Shown here piece after piece: positions 1 through 15,000 of a DNA stretch of 64,000 nt. Within the stretch, counting starts at the first letter, position 1; the number at the start of each line of letters is the position of its first letter. The notes under the pieces are model-generated. The model saw only the letters and a program-made list of their open reading frames with translations. It made no database searches and had not been told where the DNA came from. Made by a program: the position numbers and the translations under genes. The stretch covers positions 5,084,001-5,148,000 of the forward strand of contig JASTWF010000034.1 of assembly GCA_030390025.1 (NCBI GenBank), read 5' to 3'. Source of the stretch: Squalus acanthias (taxonomy: Eukaryota).

Positions 1-3000
1 TGTAATTGTGGGAATGTGAATGAGATGCTGGTCTCTGATCCATGAGTATATGTGTGTAAATCTGAATGGGCTCCTGGTCTCTGATCGAACAGAGTGTGTG
101 TGGGAGTATGAATGAGCTCCTGTTCTCTGATCTAAAAGTGTGTGTGTGGGTCTCTGAATGAGCTACTGGTCTCTGATCTTACACTGTGTGTGTGGTGATC
201 TGAATGAGCTCCTGGTGTCTGATCTAATAGTGTGTCTGTGGATGTCTGAATTGGCTCCTGGGCTGTGATCAAACACTGTGTGTGTGGGAGTCTGAATCAG
301 CTCCTGGTCTCTGATCTAACAGTGTGTTTTTGGGAGTCTGAAAGGGCTCCTTGTCTCGGATGTAAAATTTTGTGCGTGGGAATCTGAATTGGCTCCTGGT
401 GTCTATTCTAACACTGTGTGTGTGGGAGTCTGAATGAGTTCTTGGTCTCTGTTCTAACAGTGTGTTTGTGGGAGTCTGAATAGGCCGCTGCTCTCTTATC
501 TAACATTGTATGTGTTGGAGTCTAAATGGGCTGCATGTCTCTGATTCATCAGAGTATGTGTTGGAGTCTGAATGGGTCCCTGTTCTCTGATCCAACAGTG
601 TGTGTGTGGGAGTCTTAATTAGCTCCAGATCTCTGATCTAACAGTGTGTTTGTGGGAGAATGTATGAGCCCCTGGTCTCTGATTTAACAGTATTTGTGTG
701 GGAGTCTGAATGGGTTCTTGGTCTCTGATCTAACATTGTGTTTGTGGGAGTCTGAATGAGCTCCTGGTCTCTGATCTAACAGTGTGTCTGTGGGTGTCTG
801 AATGGGCTCCTGCTCTCTGATCTAACAGTGTGTGTGAGTCCGAATGGGGTCCTGGTCTCTAATCTAACAGAGTGTGTGTGTGTGTCCGGATGGGCTCCTG
901 GTCTCTGATCTAACAGTGTGTGTGTGGGAGTCTGAATGGGCTCCTGGTCTCTGATCTAACACTGTGTGTGTGGGAATTTGAATGGGTCCCTGGTCTCTGA
1001 TCTAAGAGTTTGTGTGGGAGTATGAATGATCTCCTGGTCTCTGATTTAACACTGTGTGACTGGGAGTCTGAATGTGCTCCTGGTCTCTGATCTTTCAGTG
1101 TGTGTGGGAGTCTGAATGGCCCCCTGATCTCTGATAGAACAATTGGTGTGTTGGAGTCTGAATGGGATCCTCGTCTCTAATCTAACAGTGTGTGTGGGAG
1201 TCTGAATTATTAACTGATCTCTGATCTAACAGTGTATTTGTGGGAATGTGAATGAGATGCTGGTCTCTGATCCATGAGTATATGTGTGTAAATCTGAATG
1301 GGCTCCTGGTCTCTGATCGAACAGAGTGTGTGTGGGAGTATGAATGAGCTCCTGTTCTCTGATCTAAAAGTGTGTGTGTGGGTCTCTGAATGAGCTACTG
1401 GTCTCTGATCTTACACTGTGTGTGTGGGGATCTGAATGAGCTCCTGGTGTCTGATCTAATAGTGTGTCTGTGGATGTCTGAATTGGCTCCTGGTCTGTGA
1501 TCTAACACTGTGTGTGTGGGAGTCTGAATCAGCTCCTGGTCTCTGATCTAACAGTGTGTTTTGGGGAGTCTGAAAGGGCTCCTTGTCTCGGATGTAAAAT
1601 TTTGTGTGTGGGAATCTGAATTGGCTCCTGGTGTCTATTCTAACACTGTGTGTGTGGGAGTCTGAATGAGTTCTTGGTCTCTGTTCTAACAGTGTGTTTG
1701 TGGGAGTCTGAATGGGTTCCTGGTCTCTGATCTAACAATGTTTGTATGGGAGTTAGAATGTGCTCCTGGTCTGTGATCTAACAGTGTGTGCGCGAGAGTC
1801 TGACTGAGCTCCTGGTATCTGATCTAACAGTGTGTGTGTGGGAGTCTGAATAGGCCGCTGCTCTCTTATCTAACATTGTATGTGTTGGAGTCTAAATGGG
1901 CTGCATGTCTCTGATTCATCAGAGTATGTGTTGGAGTCTGAATGGGTCCCTGTTCTCTTATCCAACAGTGTGTGTGTGGGAGACTGAATTTGCTCCAGAT
2001 CTCTGATCTAACAGTGTGTTTGTGGGAGTCTGAATGAGCCCCTGGTCTCTGATTTAACAGTATGTGTGTGGGAGTCTGAATGGATTCCTGGTCTCCGATC
2101 TAGCAGTGTGTGTGTGGGAATCTGAATGGGCTCCTGGTCTCTGATCTAACAGTGTGTGTGTGGGAGTCTGAATGAGCTCCTGCTCTCTGATCTAACAGTG
2201 TGTTTTTGGGAGTCTGAATGGGCTCCCAGTCTCTGATCTAACATTGTATGTGTGGGTGTCTGAAGTGCCTACTGGTCTCTGATCAAACAGTGAGTGTGGC
2301 AGTCTGAATGGGCTCCTGGTCTCTGATCTAACAGTGTGTGTGTGGATCTCTGAATGGGATCCTAGTCTCTGATCTTACACTGTTTGTGTTGGGATCTGAA
2401 TGAGCTCCTGGTCCCTGATCTAACAGTGTGTGTGTAGGAGTCAGAATGATTTTCTTATCTGTAATCTAACAGTGTTTGTGTGAGACTGAATTAGCTGCTA
2501 GTTTCTGATCTAACAGTGGATATGTGGGATTCTGAATGAGATGCTGGTCTCTAATCCAAGAGTATATGATTGGTAGTCGGAATGAGCTCCTGGTCTCTGA
2601 TCCTACAGTGTGTGTGTGTAAATCTGAATGCGCTCCTCGTCTCTGATCGAACAGAGTGTGTGTGGGAGAATGAATGAGCTCCTGAACTCTGATCTAACAG
2701 TGTATGTTGGGGAGTCCGAATGAGCTCCTGCTCTCTGATCTAAAAGTTTGTGTGTGGGAGTCTGAATGAGCTCCTGGTCTCTGATCTAACAGTGTGTTTG
2801 TGGGAGTCTGAAAGGGCTCCTTGTCTCTGATGTAACATTTTGTGCGTGGGATTCTGAATGGGCTCCTGGTGTCTATTCTAACACTGTGTGCTTGGGAGTC
2901 TGAATGTGCTGCTGGTCACTTTTCTAACAGTGTGTGTGTGGGAGTCTGAATGAGCCCCTGGTCTCTGATTTAACAATGTGTGTGTGGGAGTCTGATTGGG

Positions 3001-6000
3001 CTCCTGCTCTCTGATTTAACAGTATGTATGCGGGAGACTGAATGAGCTCCTGGCCTCTGATCTAACAGTGTGTGTGTGGTAGTCTGAATGTGCTCCTGGT
3101 CTCTGATCAAACAGTGTCTGTGTGGGAGTCTGAATGAGAACGTCCTCTCTTTTCTAACCGTGTGTGTGTGGGAGTCTGAATGGGCTCCTGTTCTCTGATG
3201 TAACAGTGTGTGTGTAGGGGTCCGAATGGTCTACTGGTCTCTGATCTAACAGTGTGTGTGTAGAAGTCTAAATGGGCCCCTGGTGTCTGATCTAACAGTG
3301 TGTGTGGGGGATTCTGAATTGGCTCCTGGTCTCTGATCTAACATTTGTGTATGTGAATCAGAATGGGCTCCTAATCTCTGATCTAACAGTGTGTGTGTGG
3401 GAGACTGAATGAGCTCCTGGTCTCTGATCCAACAGTGTCTGAGTGGGAGTCTGAATGCGATCGTCGTCTCTTTTCTAACAGTGTGTGTGTGGGAGTCTGA
3501 ATGGGCTCCTGGTCTCTGATCTAACACTGTGTGTGTGTGAATCTCAATGGGCCCCTAGTCTCTGATCAAAGAGTGTGTGTGTGGGAGTCTAAATGAGCTC
3601 CTCTTCTCTGATCTAACAGTATGTTTGTGGGAGTCTGAATGAGCTCCTGCTTTCTGATCTAACAGTGGATGTGTGGGAGTCTGAATGGGCTCCTGGTCTC
3701 TGATTTAACAGTGTGTTAGTGGGAGTCTCATTGAGCTGCTGGTCTCTGAACTAACAGTGAGTTTGTGGGAGACTGATTGAACTCCTGGTCTCTGATCAAA
3801 CACCGTGTGTGTGGGAGTCTGAATGAGCTCCTGGTCTCAGATCTAACAGTGTTTTTGCGGGAGTCTGAAAGGGCTCCTGTTCTCTGATGTAGCATTGTGT
3901 GTGTGGTTGTCTGAATGATGTCCTGGTCTCTGATCTAACAGTTTGTGTGTGGGAGTCGAAATCAGCTCCTCTTCTCTGATCTAACAGTGTGTTTGTGGGA
4001 GTCTGAATAGGCTCCTGGTCTCTGAATGAAGATTGTTTGTTTTGGAGTCTGAATGGGCACCATGTTTCTGATCAAACAGTTTGTGTGTGGATCTCTGAAT
4101 GGGCTCCTAGTCTCTGATATTACACTGCGTGTTGGGATCTGAATGACCTCCTGGTCTCTGATGTAACAATGTTTGTGTGGGAGTCTGAATGAGCTTCTGG
4201 TCTCTGATCTAACAGTTTGTGTGTGGGAGTCTGAATGAGCTCCTGCTCTCTGATCTAACAGTTTGTTTGTGGGAGTCTGAAAGGGCTCCTTGCCTCTGAT
4301 GGAGCATTTTGTGTGTGGGATTCTGAATGGGCTATTGGTCTCTGATCTAACATTGTGTGTGTGGGAGTTTGAATGTGCTCCTGGTCTCTGATCCATCTGT
4401 GTGTGTTTGGAAGTCTGAATGGGCTCCTGGTCTCATATCTAACAGTGTATGTGTTGGAGTCTGAATGAGCTCCTGGCCACTGAAATAACAGCGTGTGTGT
4501 AGGAGTCCGAATTGGATCCTGGTCTCTGATCTAACAGTGTGTGTGCTGGAGTCTGAATGGGCTCCTGGACTCTGATCTAACAGTGTGTGTTTGGGAGTCC
4601 GAATGGGCTACTGGTCACGGAAATAACAGTGTGTGTGTAGGAGTCCGAATGGGCTCCTGGTCTCTGATCTAACTGTGTGTGTGTGGGAGTCTGAATGGGC
4701 TCCTGGTCTCTGATCATTCAGTGTGTGTGTAGGTGTCAGAATAGGCTCCTGGTCTCTGATCTAACAGTGTGTTTGTGGGAGTCTGAAAGGGCTCCTTGTC
4801 TCTGATGTAACATTTTGTGCGTGGGATTCTGAATGGGCTCCTGGTGTCTATTCTAACACTGTGTGCTTGGGAGTCTGAATGTGCTGCTGGTCACTTTTCT
4901 AACAGTGTGTGTGAGGTAATCTGAATGAGCCCCTGGTCTCTGATTTAACAATGTGTGTGTGGGAGTCTGATTGGGCTCCTGCTCTCTGATTTAACAGTAT
5001 GTATGCGGGAGACTGAATGAGCTCCTGGCCTCTGATCTAACAGTGTGTGTGTGGTAGTCTGAATGTGCTCCTGGTCTCTGATCAAACAGTGTCTGTGTGG
5101 GAGTCTGAATGAGAACGTCCTCTCTTTTCTAACCGTGTGTGTGTGGGAGTCTGAATGGTCTCCTGTTCTCTGATCTAACAGTGTGTGTGTGTGAATCTCA
5201 ATGGGTCCTTGGTCTCTGATCTAACAGTGTGTGTGTAGAAGTCTCAATGGGCCCCTGGTGTCTGATCTAACAGTGTGTGTGGGGGATTCTGAATTGGCTC
5301 CTGGTCTCTGATCTAACATTTGTGTATGTGAATCAGAATGGGCTCCTAATCTCTGATCTAACAGTGTGTATGTGGGAGATTGAATGAGCTCCTGGTCTCT
5401 GATCCAACAGTGTCTGAGTGGGAGTCTGAATGCGATCGTCGTCTCTTTTCTAACCGTGTGTGTGTGGGAGTCTGAATGGGCTCCTGGTCTCTGATCTAAC
5501 ACTGTGTGTGTGTGAATCTCAATGGGCCCCTAGTCTCTGATCAAAGAGTGTGTGTGTGGGAGTCTGTATGAGCTCCTGGTCTCTGATCAAACAGTTCGTT
5601 TGAGGGAGTCCGATTTATCTCCTGGTCCCTGATTGAACACTGTGTGTGTGGGAGTCTGAATTGGCTCCTGGTCTCTGATCTATCACTGTGTGTGTGGGAG
5701 TCTGAATTGGCTCCTGGTCTCTGATCTATCACTGTGTGTGTGGGAGTCTAAATGAGCTCCTCTTCTCTGATCTAACAGTATGTTTGTGGGAGTCTGATTG
5801 AGCTCCTGGTCTCTGATCGAGCACTGTGTGTGTGGGAGTCTGAATGAGCTCCTGCTTTCTGATCTAACAGTGGATGTGTCGGAGTCTGAATGGGCTCCTG
5901 GTCTCTGATTTAACAGTGTGTTAGTGGGAGTCTCATTGAGCTGCTGGTCTCTGAAGTAACAGTGAGTTTGTGGGAGTCTGATTGAACTCCTGGTCTCTGA

Positions 6001-9000
6001 TCAAACACCGTGTGTGTGGGAGTCTGAATGAGCTCCTGGTCTCAGATCTAACAGTGTTTTTGCGGGAGTCTGAAAGGGCTCCTGTTCTCTGATGTAGCAT
6101 TGTGTGTGTGGTTGTCTGAATGATGTCCTGTTCTCTGATCTAACAGTTTGTGTGTGGGAGTCTAAATCAGCTCCTCTTCTCTGATCTAACAGTGTGTTTG
6201 TGGGAGTCTGAATAGGCTCCTGGTCTCTGAATGAAGATTGTTTGTTTTGGAGTCTGAATGGGCACCATGTTTCTGATCAAACAGTTTGTGTGTGGATCTC
6301 TGAATGGGCTCCTAGTCTCTGATATTACACTGCGTGTTGGGATCTGAATGACCTCCTGGTCTCTGATGTAACAATGTTTGTGTGGGAGTCTGAATGAGCT
6401 GCTGGTCTCTGATCTAACAGTTTGTGTGTGGGAGTCTGAAAGGGCTCCTGCTCTCTGATCTAACAGTTTGTTTGTGGGAGTCTGAAAGGGCTCCTTGCCT
6501 CTGATGTAGCATTTTGTGTGTGGGATTCTGAATGGGCTATTGGTCTCTGATCTAACATTGTGTGTGTGGGAGTTTGAATGTGCTCCTGGTCTCAGTTCTA
6601 ACAGTGTGTTTGTGGGAGTCTGAATGGGCTCCTCGTCTCTGATCCATCTGTGTGTGTTTGGAAGTCTGAATGGGCTCGTGGTCTCATATCTAACAGTGTA
6701 TGTGTTGGAGTCTGAATGAGCTCCTGGCCACTGAAATAACAGTGTGTGTGTAGGAGTCCGAATTGGATCCTGGTCTCTGATCTAACAGTGTGTGTGCTGG
6801 AGTCTGAATGGGCTCCTGGACTCTGATCTAACAGTGTGTGTTTGGGAGTCCGAATGGGCTACTGGTCACGGAAATAACAGTGTGTGTGTAGGAGTCCGAA
6901 TGGGCTCCTGGTCTCTGATCTAACTGTGTGTGTGTGGGAGTCTGAATGGGCTCCTGGTCTCTGATCATTCAGTGTGTGTGTAGGTGTCAGAATAGGCTCC
7001 TGGTCTCTGATCTAACAGTGTGTGTGTGGGAGTCTGAATGGGCTCCTGGTCTCTGATCTAACAGTGTGTGTGTAGGAGTCCGAATGGGCTCCTGGTCTCT
7101 GATCTAACACTGTGTGTGTGGGAGTCTGAATGGGCTCCTGGTCTCTGATCTAACATTGTGTGTGTGGGAGTCTGAATGGGCTCCTGGTCTCTGATCTTAC
7201 AGTGTGTGTGTAGGAGTCCGAATGGGCTCCTTGTCCATGATCATACAGTGTGAGTGTTGGAGTCTGAATGGGCTCCTGGTCTGTGGTCTAACACATGGTG
7301 TTTGTCGGATTCTGAATGAGCTCCTGCTCTCTGATCTAACAGTGTGTGTGTCGGAGTCTAAATGAGCCCCTGTTCTCTGATCTAACAATGTATGTGTGAG
7401 AGTCTGAATGGACTCCCGGTCTCTGATCATACAGTGTTTGTGTGGCAGTCTGAATGAGTTTTTGGTCTCTGATCTAACAGTGTGTTTGTGGGAGTCTGAA
7501 TGGGCTCCTGGTCTCTGATCAAACAGTGTGTGTGTAGGAGTCTGAATGGGCTCCTGGTCTCTGATCTAACAGTGTGTGTGTGGGAATTGAATGGGCTCCT
7601 GGTTTCTGATCTAACAGTGTATGTGTAGGAGTCTGAATGGGCTATAGGTCCCTGATTTAACAGTGTGTGTGTGGGAGTCTGAATGGGCTCCTGGTCCCTG
7701 ATTTAACAGTGTGTGTGTGGGAGTGTGAATGGGCTCCTGGTCTCTGATCTTTCAGTGTATGTGTGGAAATCTGAATGGCCCCTTGAGCTCTGATAAATCA
7801 ATGGGTGTGTTGGATTCTGAATGGGCTCCTGGTATCTAATCTAACAGTGTTTGTGGGAGTCTGAATTAGCTGCTGGTCTCTGATCGAACAGTGTGTTTTT
7901 GGAAGTCTGAATGAGATGCTGATCTCTGATCCAAGAGTATATGTGTGGTAGTCTTAAGGAGCTCCTGGTCTCTGATCTAACAGAGTGTGTGTGTGAATCT
8001 GCATGCGCTCCTCATCTCCGATCGAACAGAGTTTGTGAGGGAGTATGAATGAGCTCCTGGTCTCTGATCTAACAGTGTGTGTGTGTGGATCTCTGAATGG
8101 GCTCCTAGTCTCTGATCCATCAGTGTGTGTTTGGGAGTCTGAATGGGACCCTGGTCTCTTATCTGACAGTGTATGTGTTGGAGTCTGAATGGGCTCATGG
8201 TCTCTGATCCAACAGTGTCTGTGTGGGAGTCTGAATGAGATCGTCCTCTCTTTTCTAACCGTGTGTGTGTGGGAGTCTGAATGGGCTCCTGTTCTCTGAT
8301 CTAACAGTGTGTGTGTGGGAACCTGAATGGGTCCTTGGTCTCTGATCTAACAGTGTGCGTGTAGGAGTCCGAATGGGCTACTGGTCTCTGATCTAACATT
8401 GTGTGTGTATAAGTCTAAATGGGCCCCTGGTCTCTGATCTAACAGTGTGTGTGGGGGAGTCTGAATTGGCTCCTGGTCTCTGATCTAACTTTGTTTGTGG
8501 GAATCAGAATGGGCTCCTGGTCTCTGATCTAACAGTGTCTGTGTAGAAGTCTAAATGGGCCCCTGGTCTCTGATCTAACAGTGTGTGTGGGGGAGTCTGA
8601 ATTGGCTCCTGGTCTCTGATCTAACTTTGTTTGTGGGAATCAGAATGGGCTCCTTGTCTCTGATCTAACAGTGTGTGTGTGGGAGACTGAATGAGCTCCT
8701 GGTCTCTGATCCAACAGTGTCTGAGTGGGAGTCTGAATGAGATCGTCATCTCTTTTCTAACCGTGTGTGTGTGGGAGTCTGATTGGGCTCCTGGTCTCTG
8801 ATCTAACACTGTGCGTGTGTGAATCTCAATGGGCCCCTAGTCTCTGATCTAAGAGTGTGTGCGTGGGATTCTGTATGAGCTCCTGGTCTCTGATCAAACA
8901 GTGCGTTTGAGGGAGTCCGATTTAGCTCCTGGTCTCTGATTGAACACTGTTTGACTGGGAGTCTGAATTGGCTCCTGGTCTCTGATCTATCACTGTGTGT

Positions 9001-12000
9001 GTGGGAGTCTAAATGAGCTCCTCTTCTCTGATATAACAGTGTGTGTGTGGGAGTCTGAATATGCCCCTGGTCTCTGATCTAACACTGTGTATGTGGGAGT
9101 CTGAATGGTCTCCTGGTCTCTGATCTAAAAGTGTGTGTGTGGGAGTGTGAATGGGCTCCTGGTCTCTGATCTAACATTGTGTTTGTGGGAGTCTGAATGA
9201 GCTCCTGTTCTCTGATCTAACAGTGTGTGTGCGGGAGTCAGATGAACTCCTGGTCTCTTATCTAACAGTGTGTCTGTGGGTATCTGAATGGGCTTCTGCA
9301 CTCTGATCTAACAGTGTGTGTGAGTCCGAATGGGCTCCTGGTCTCTGATCTAACAGAGTGTGTGTGTGAGTCCGGATGAGCTACTGGTCTCCGATCTAAC
9401 AGTGTGTGTGTGGAAGTCAGAATGGGTCTCTGGTCTCTGATCTAACTGGATGTGTGGGAGTCTGAATTGGCTCCTGGTCTCTGAATAACATTTGTGTGTG
9501 GGAATCAGAATGTACTCCTGGTCTCTGATCTAACAGTGTGCGTGGCGGAGTCTGAATTGGCTCCTGGTCTCTGATCTAACTTTGTTTGTGGGAATCAGAA
9601 TGGGCTCCTGGTCTCTGATCTAACAGTGTGTGTGTGGGAGACTGAATGAGCTCCTGGTCTCTGATCCAACAGTGTTTGAGTGGGAGTCTGAATGAGATCG
9701 TCATCTCTTTTCTAACCGTGTGTGTGTGGGAGTCTGATTGGGCTCCTGGTCTCTGATCTAACACTGTGCGTGTGTGAATCTCAATGGGCCCCTAGTCTCT
9801 GATCTAAGAGTGTGTGCGTGGGATTCTGTATGAGCTCCTGGTCTCTGATCAAACAGTGCGTTTGAGGGAGTCCGATTTAGCTCCTGGTCTCTGATTGAAC
9901 ACTGTTTGACTGGGAGTCTGAATTGGCTCCTGGTCTCTGATCTATCACTGTGTGTGTGGGAGTCTAAATGAGCTCCTCTTCTCTGATATAACAGTGTGTG
10001 TGTGGGAGTCTGAATAAGCCCCTGGTCTCTGATGTAACACTGTGTATGTGGGAGTCTGAATGGTCTCCTGGTCTCTGATCTAAAAGTGTGTGTGTGGGAG
10101 TCTGAATGGGCTCCTGGTCTCTGATCTAACATTGTGTTTGTGGGAGTCTGAATCAGCTCCTGGTCTCTTATCTAACAGTGTGTCTGTGGGTATCTGAATG
10201 GGCTTCTGCTCTCTGATCTAACAGTGTGTGTGAGTCCGAATGGGCTCCTGGTCTCTGATCTAACAGAGTGTGTGTGTGAGTCCGGATGAGCTCCTGGTCT
10301 CCGATCTAACAGTGTGTGTGTGGAAGTCAGAATGGGTCTCTGGTCTCTGATCTAACAGGATGTGTGGGAGTCTGAATTGGCTCCTGGTCTCTGATCTAAC
10401 AGAGTGTGTGTGTGAGTCCGGATGAGCTCCTGGTCTCCGATCTAACAGTGTGTGTGTGGAAGTCAGAATGGGTCTCTGGTCTCTGATCTAACAGGATGTG
10501 TGGGAGTCTGAATTGGCTCCTGGTCTCTGAATAACATTTGTGTGTGGGAATGAGAATGGACTCCTGGTCTCTGATCTAACAGTGTGTGTGTGGGAGTCTG
10601 AATGGGCTCCTGGTCTCTGTTCTTTCAGTGTGTGTGTGGGTGTCTGAATGGGCTCCTGGTCTCTGATAAAACAGTTTGTGTGGGAGTCTGAATGGTCCCC
10701 TGGTCTCTGATCTAACAGTGTGTGTGTAGGAGTCCGAATGGGCTCCTGGTCTCTGATCTAACAATGTGTGTGTGGGAGTCTGAATGGGCTCCTGGTCTCT
10801 GATCTAACATTGTGTGTGTGGGAGTCTGAATGGGCGCCTGGTCTCTGATCTTACAGTGTGTGTGTAGGAGTCCGAATGGGCTCCTTGTCCATGATCATAC
10901 AGTGTGAGTGTTGGAGTCTGAATGGGCACCTGGTCTCTGGTCTAACACATGGTGTTTGTCGGATTCTGAATGAGCTCCTGCTCTCTGATCTAACAGTGTG
11001 TGTGTCGGAGTCTAAATGAGCACCTGTTCTCTGATTTAACAATGTATGTGTGAGAGTCTGAATGGGCTCCCGGTCTCTGATCATACAGTGTTTGTGTGGC
11101 AGTCTGAATGAGTTTTTGTCTCTGATCATACAGTGTGTGTGTGGGAGTCTGAATGGGCTCCTGGTATCTGATCTAACAGTGTGTTTGTGGTAGTCTGAAT
11201 GGGCTCCTGGTTTCTGATCTAACAGTGTATGTGTAGGAGTCTGAATGGGCTCCTGGTCCCTGATTTAACAGTGTGTGTGTGGGAGTGTAAATCGGCTCCT
11301 GGTCTCTGATCTTTCAGTGTGTGTGTGGAAATCTGAATGGCCACTTGAGCTCTGATAAATCAATGGGTGTGTTGGATTCTGAATGGGGTCCTGGTATCTA
11401 ATCTAACAGTGTTTGTGGGAGTCTTAATTAGCTGCTGGTCTCTGATCGAACAGTGTGTTTTTGGAAGTCTGAATGAGATGCTGGTCTCTGATCCAAGAGT
11501 ATATGTGTGGTGGTCTTAATGAGCTCCTGGTCTCTGATCTAACAGAGTGTGTGTGTGAATCTGCATGCGCTCCTGATCTCCGATCGAACAGAGTTTGTGA
11601 GTGAGTATGATTGAGCTCCTAGTCTCTGATCCATCAGTGTGTGTTTGGGAGTCTGAATGGGACCCTGGTCTCTTATCTGACAGTGTATGTGTTGGAGTCT
11701 GAATGGGCTCCTGGTCTCTGTTCTAACAGTGTGTGTGTGGGAGACTAAATGTGCTCCTGGTCTCTGATCCAACAGTGTCTGTGTGGGAGTCTGAATGAGA
11801 TCGTCCTCTCTTTTCTAACCGTGTTTGTGTGGGAGTAAGAATGGGCTACTGGTCTCTTATCTAACAGTGTGGGTGTAGAAGTCTAAATGGGCCCCTGGTC
11901 TCTGATGTAAGTGTGTGTGGGGGAGTCTGAATTGGCTCCTGGTCTCTGATCTAACATTGTGTGTGGGAATCAGAATGGGATCCTGGTCTCTGATCTAGCA

Positions 12001-15000
12001 GTGTGTGTGTGGGAGACTGAATGAGCTCCTGGTCTCTGATCCAACAGTGTCTGAGTGGGAGTCTGAATGTGATCGTCATCTCTTTTCTAACCGTGTGTGT
12101 GTGGGAGTCTGAATGGGCTCCTGGTCTCTGATCTAACACTGTGTGTGTGTGTATCTCAAGGGTCCCCTAGTCTCTGATCTAAGAGTGTGTGCGTGGGATT
12201 CTGTATGAGCTCCTGGTCTCTGATCAAACTGTGCGTTTGAGGGAGTCCGATTTATCTCCTGGTCTCTGATTGAACACTGTGTGTGTGGGAGTCTGAATGG
12301 GCTCCTGGTCTCTGATCTATCACTGTGTGTGTGGGAGTCTAAATGAGCTCCTCTTCTCTGATCTAACAGTGTGTGTGTGGGAGTCTGAATGAGCTCCTGG
12401 TCTCTGATCTAACACTGTGTATGTGAGATTCTGAATGGGCTCCTGGTCTCTGATCTAACAGTGTTTGTGTGGGACGCAGAAATGGGCTCCTGATCTCTGA
12501 TCTAACATTGTGTTTGTGAGAGTCTGAATTATCTCCTGGTCTCTGATCTAACAGCGTGTGTGCGGGAGTCAGATGGGCTCCTGGTCTCTTATCTAACAGT
12601 GTGTCTGTGGGTATCTGGATGGGCTCCTGCTCTCTGATCTAACAGTGTGTGTGAGTCCGAATTTGCTCCTGGTCTCTGATCTAACAGAGTGTGTGTGTGA
12701 GTCCGGATGGGCTCCTGGTCTCCGATCTAACAGTGTGTGTGTGGAAGTCAGAATGGGTCCCTGGTCTCTGATCTAACAGGATGTGTGGGAGTCTGAATTG
12801 GCTCCTGGTCCCTGAATAACATTTGTGTTTGGGAATCAGAATGGACTCCTGGTCTCTGATCTAACAGTGTGTTTGTGGGAGTCTGAATGAGCTCCTGGTC
12901 TCTGATCTAACAGTGCGTGTGTGGAAGTCGGAATGGGCTCCTGGTCTCTGATCTAACACTGTGTGTGTGGGAATCTGAATGGGCCCCTGGTCTCTGATCT
13001 AAGAGTTTGTGTGGGAGTATGAATGATCTCCTGGTCTCTGATTTAACAGTGTGTGTGTGGGAGTCTGAATGGGCTCCTGGTCTCTGATCTAACAGTGTGT
13101 GTGTGGGAGTCTGAATGGGCTCCTGGTCTCTGATCTTTCAGTGTGTGTGTGGGAGTCTGAATGGGCTCCTGGTCTCTGATAAAACAGTGGGTGTGTTGGA
13201 GTCTGAATGGGCTCCTGTTCTCTGATCTAACAGTTTGTGTGGGAGTATGAATGATCTCCTGGTGTCTGACTTAACTGTGTGTGTGTGGGAGTCTGATTAG
13301 GCTCCTGGTCTCTTATCTTACACTGTGTGTGTGGGAGTCTGAATGAGCTTCTGGTCTCTGATCTAACAGTGTGTTTGTGGGAGTCTGAATGAGCTTCTGG
13401 TCTCTGATCTAACAGTTTGTGTGTGGGAGTCTGAATGAGCTCCTGGTCTCTGATCTAATAGTGTGTCTGTGGGAGTCTGAATTGGCTCCTGGTCTGTGAT
13501 CTAACACTGTGTGTGTGGGAGTCTGAATGAGCTCCTGCTCTCTGATCTAACAGTGTGTTTGTGGGAGTCTGAATGGGCTCCCTGTCTCTGATCTAACATT
13601 GTGTGTGTGGGTGTCTGAAGGGACTCCTGGTCTCTGATCTAACAGTGTGTGTGTGGGAGTCTGAATGGGCTCCTGGTCGCTTATCTTTCAGTGTGTGTGT
13701 GGGAGTCTTAATGTCCCCCTGATCTCTGATAAAACAGTGGGTGTGTTGGAGTCTGAATAGGCTCCTGGTCTCTAATCTAACAGTGTTTGTGGGAGTCTGA
13801 ATTAGCTACTGATCTCTGATCTAACAGGTTGTTTGTGGGAGTCTGAATGTGATGCTGGTCTCTGATCCAAGAGTATATGTGTGGTAGTCTGAATGAGCTC
13901 CTGCTCTCTGATCGAACACAGTTTGTGTGGGAGTATAAATGAGCTCCTGGTCTCTGATCTAACAGTGTGTGATTGTGAATCTGTATGCGCCCCTGGTCTC
14001 TGATCGAACAGAGTTTGTGTGGGAGTATGAATGAGCTCCTGGTCTCTGATCTAACAGTGTGTGTGTGGATCTCTGAATGGGAACCTAGTCTCTGATATTA
14101 CACTGTGTGTGTTGGGATCTGAATGAGCTCCTGGTCTCTGATCTAACAGTGTGTGTGTAGGAGTCTGAATGATTTTCTTATCTCTAATCAAACAGTGTTT
14201 GTGTGGGAGTCTGAATGGGCTCCTGGTCTCTGATCTAACAGTGTGTGTGTTGGAGTCTGAATGGGCTCCTGGTCTCTAATCTAACAGTGTGTGTGGGAGT
14301 CTGAATTAGCTACTGGTCTCTGATCTAACAGTGGATATGTGGGAGTCTGAATGAGATGCTGGTCTCTAATCCAAGAGTATATGTGTGGTAGTCGGAATGA
14401 GCTTCTGGTCTCTGATCCAACAGTGTGTGTGTGTGAATCTGAATGCACTCCGCGTCTCTGATCGAACAGAGTGTGTGTGGGAGAATTTTTGAGCTCCAGG
14501 TCTCTAATCTAACAGTGTTTGTTGGGGAGACTGAATGAGCTCCTGGTCTCTGATCTGACAGTGTGTCTGTGGGAGTCTGAACTGGCTTCTGGTCGGTGAT
14601 CTAACAGTGTGTTTGTGGGAGTCTGAAAGGGCTCCTTGTCTCTGATATAACATTTTGTGCGTGGGAATCTGAATGGGCTCCTGGTGTCTATTCTAACACT
14701 GTGTGTTTGGGAGTCTGAATTAGCTCCTGGTCTCTGATCTAACAGTGTGTTTGTGCGTGTCTGAATGAGCCCCTGGTCTCTGATTTAACAGTGTATGTGT
14801 GGGAGTCTGATTGGGCGCCTGGTCTCTGATCTAACAGTGTGTGTGTGGTATTCTGAATGTGCTCCTGGTCACTTTTCTAACACTGTATGTGTGGGTGTCT
14901 GAATTAGCTCCTGATCTCTGATCTAACAGTGTGTTTGTGCGTGTCTGAATGAGCCCCTGGTCTCTGATTTAACAGTGTATGTGTGGGAGTCTGATTGGGC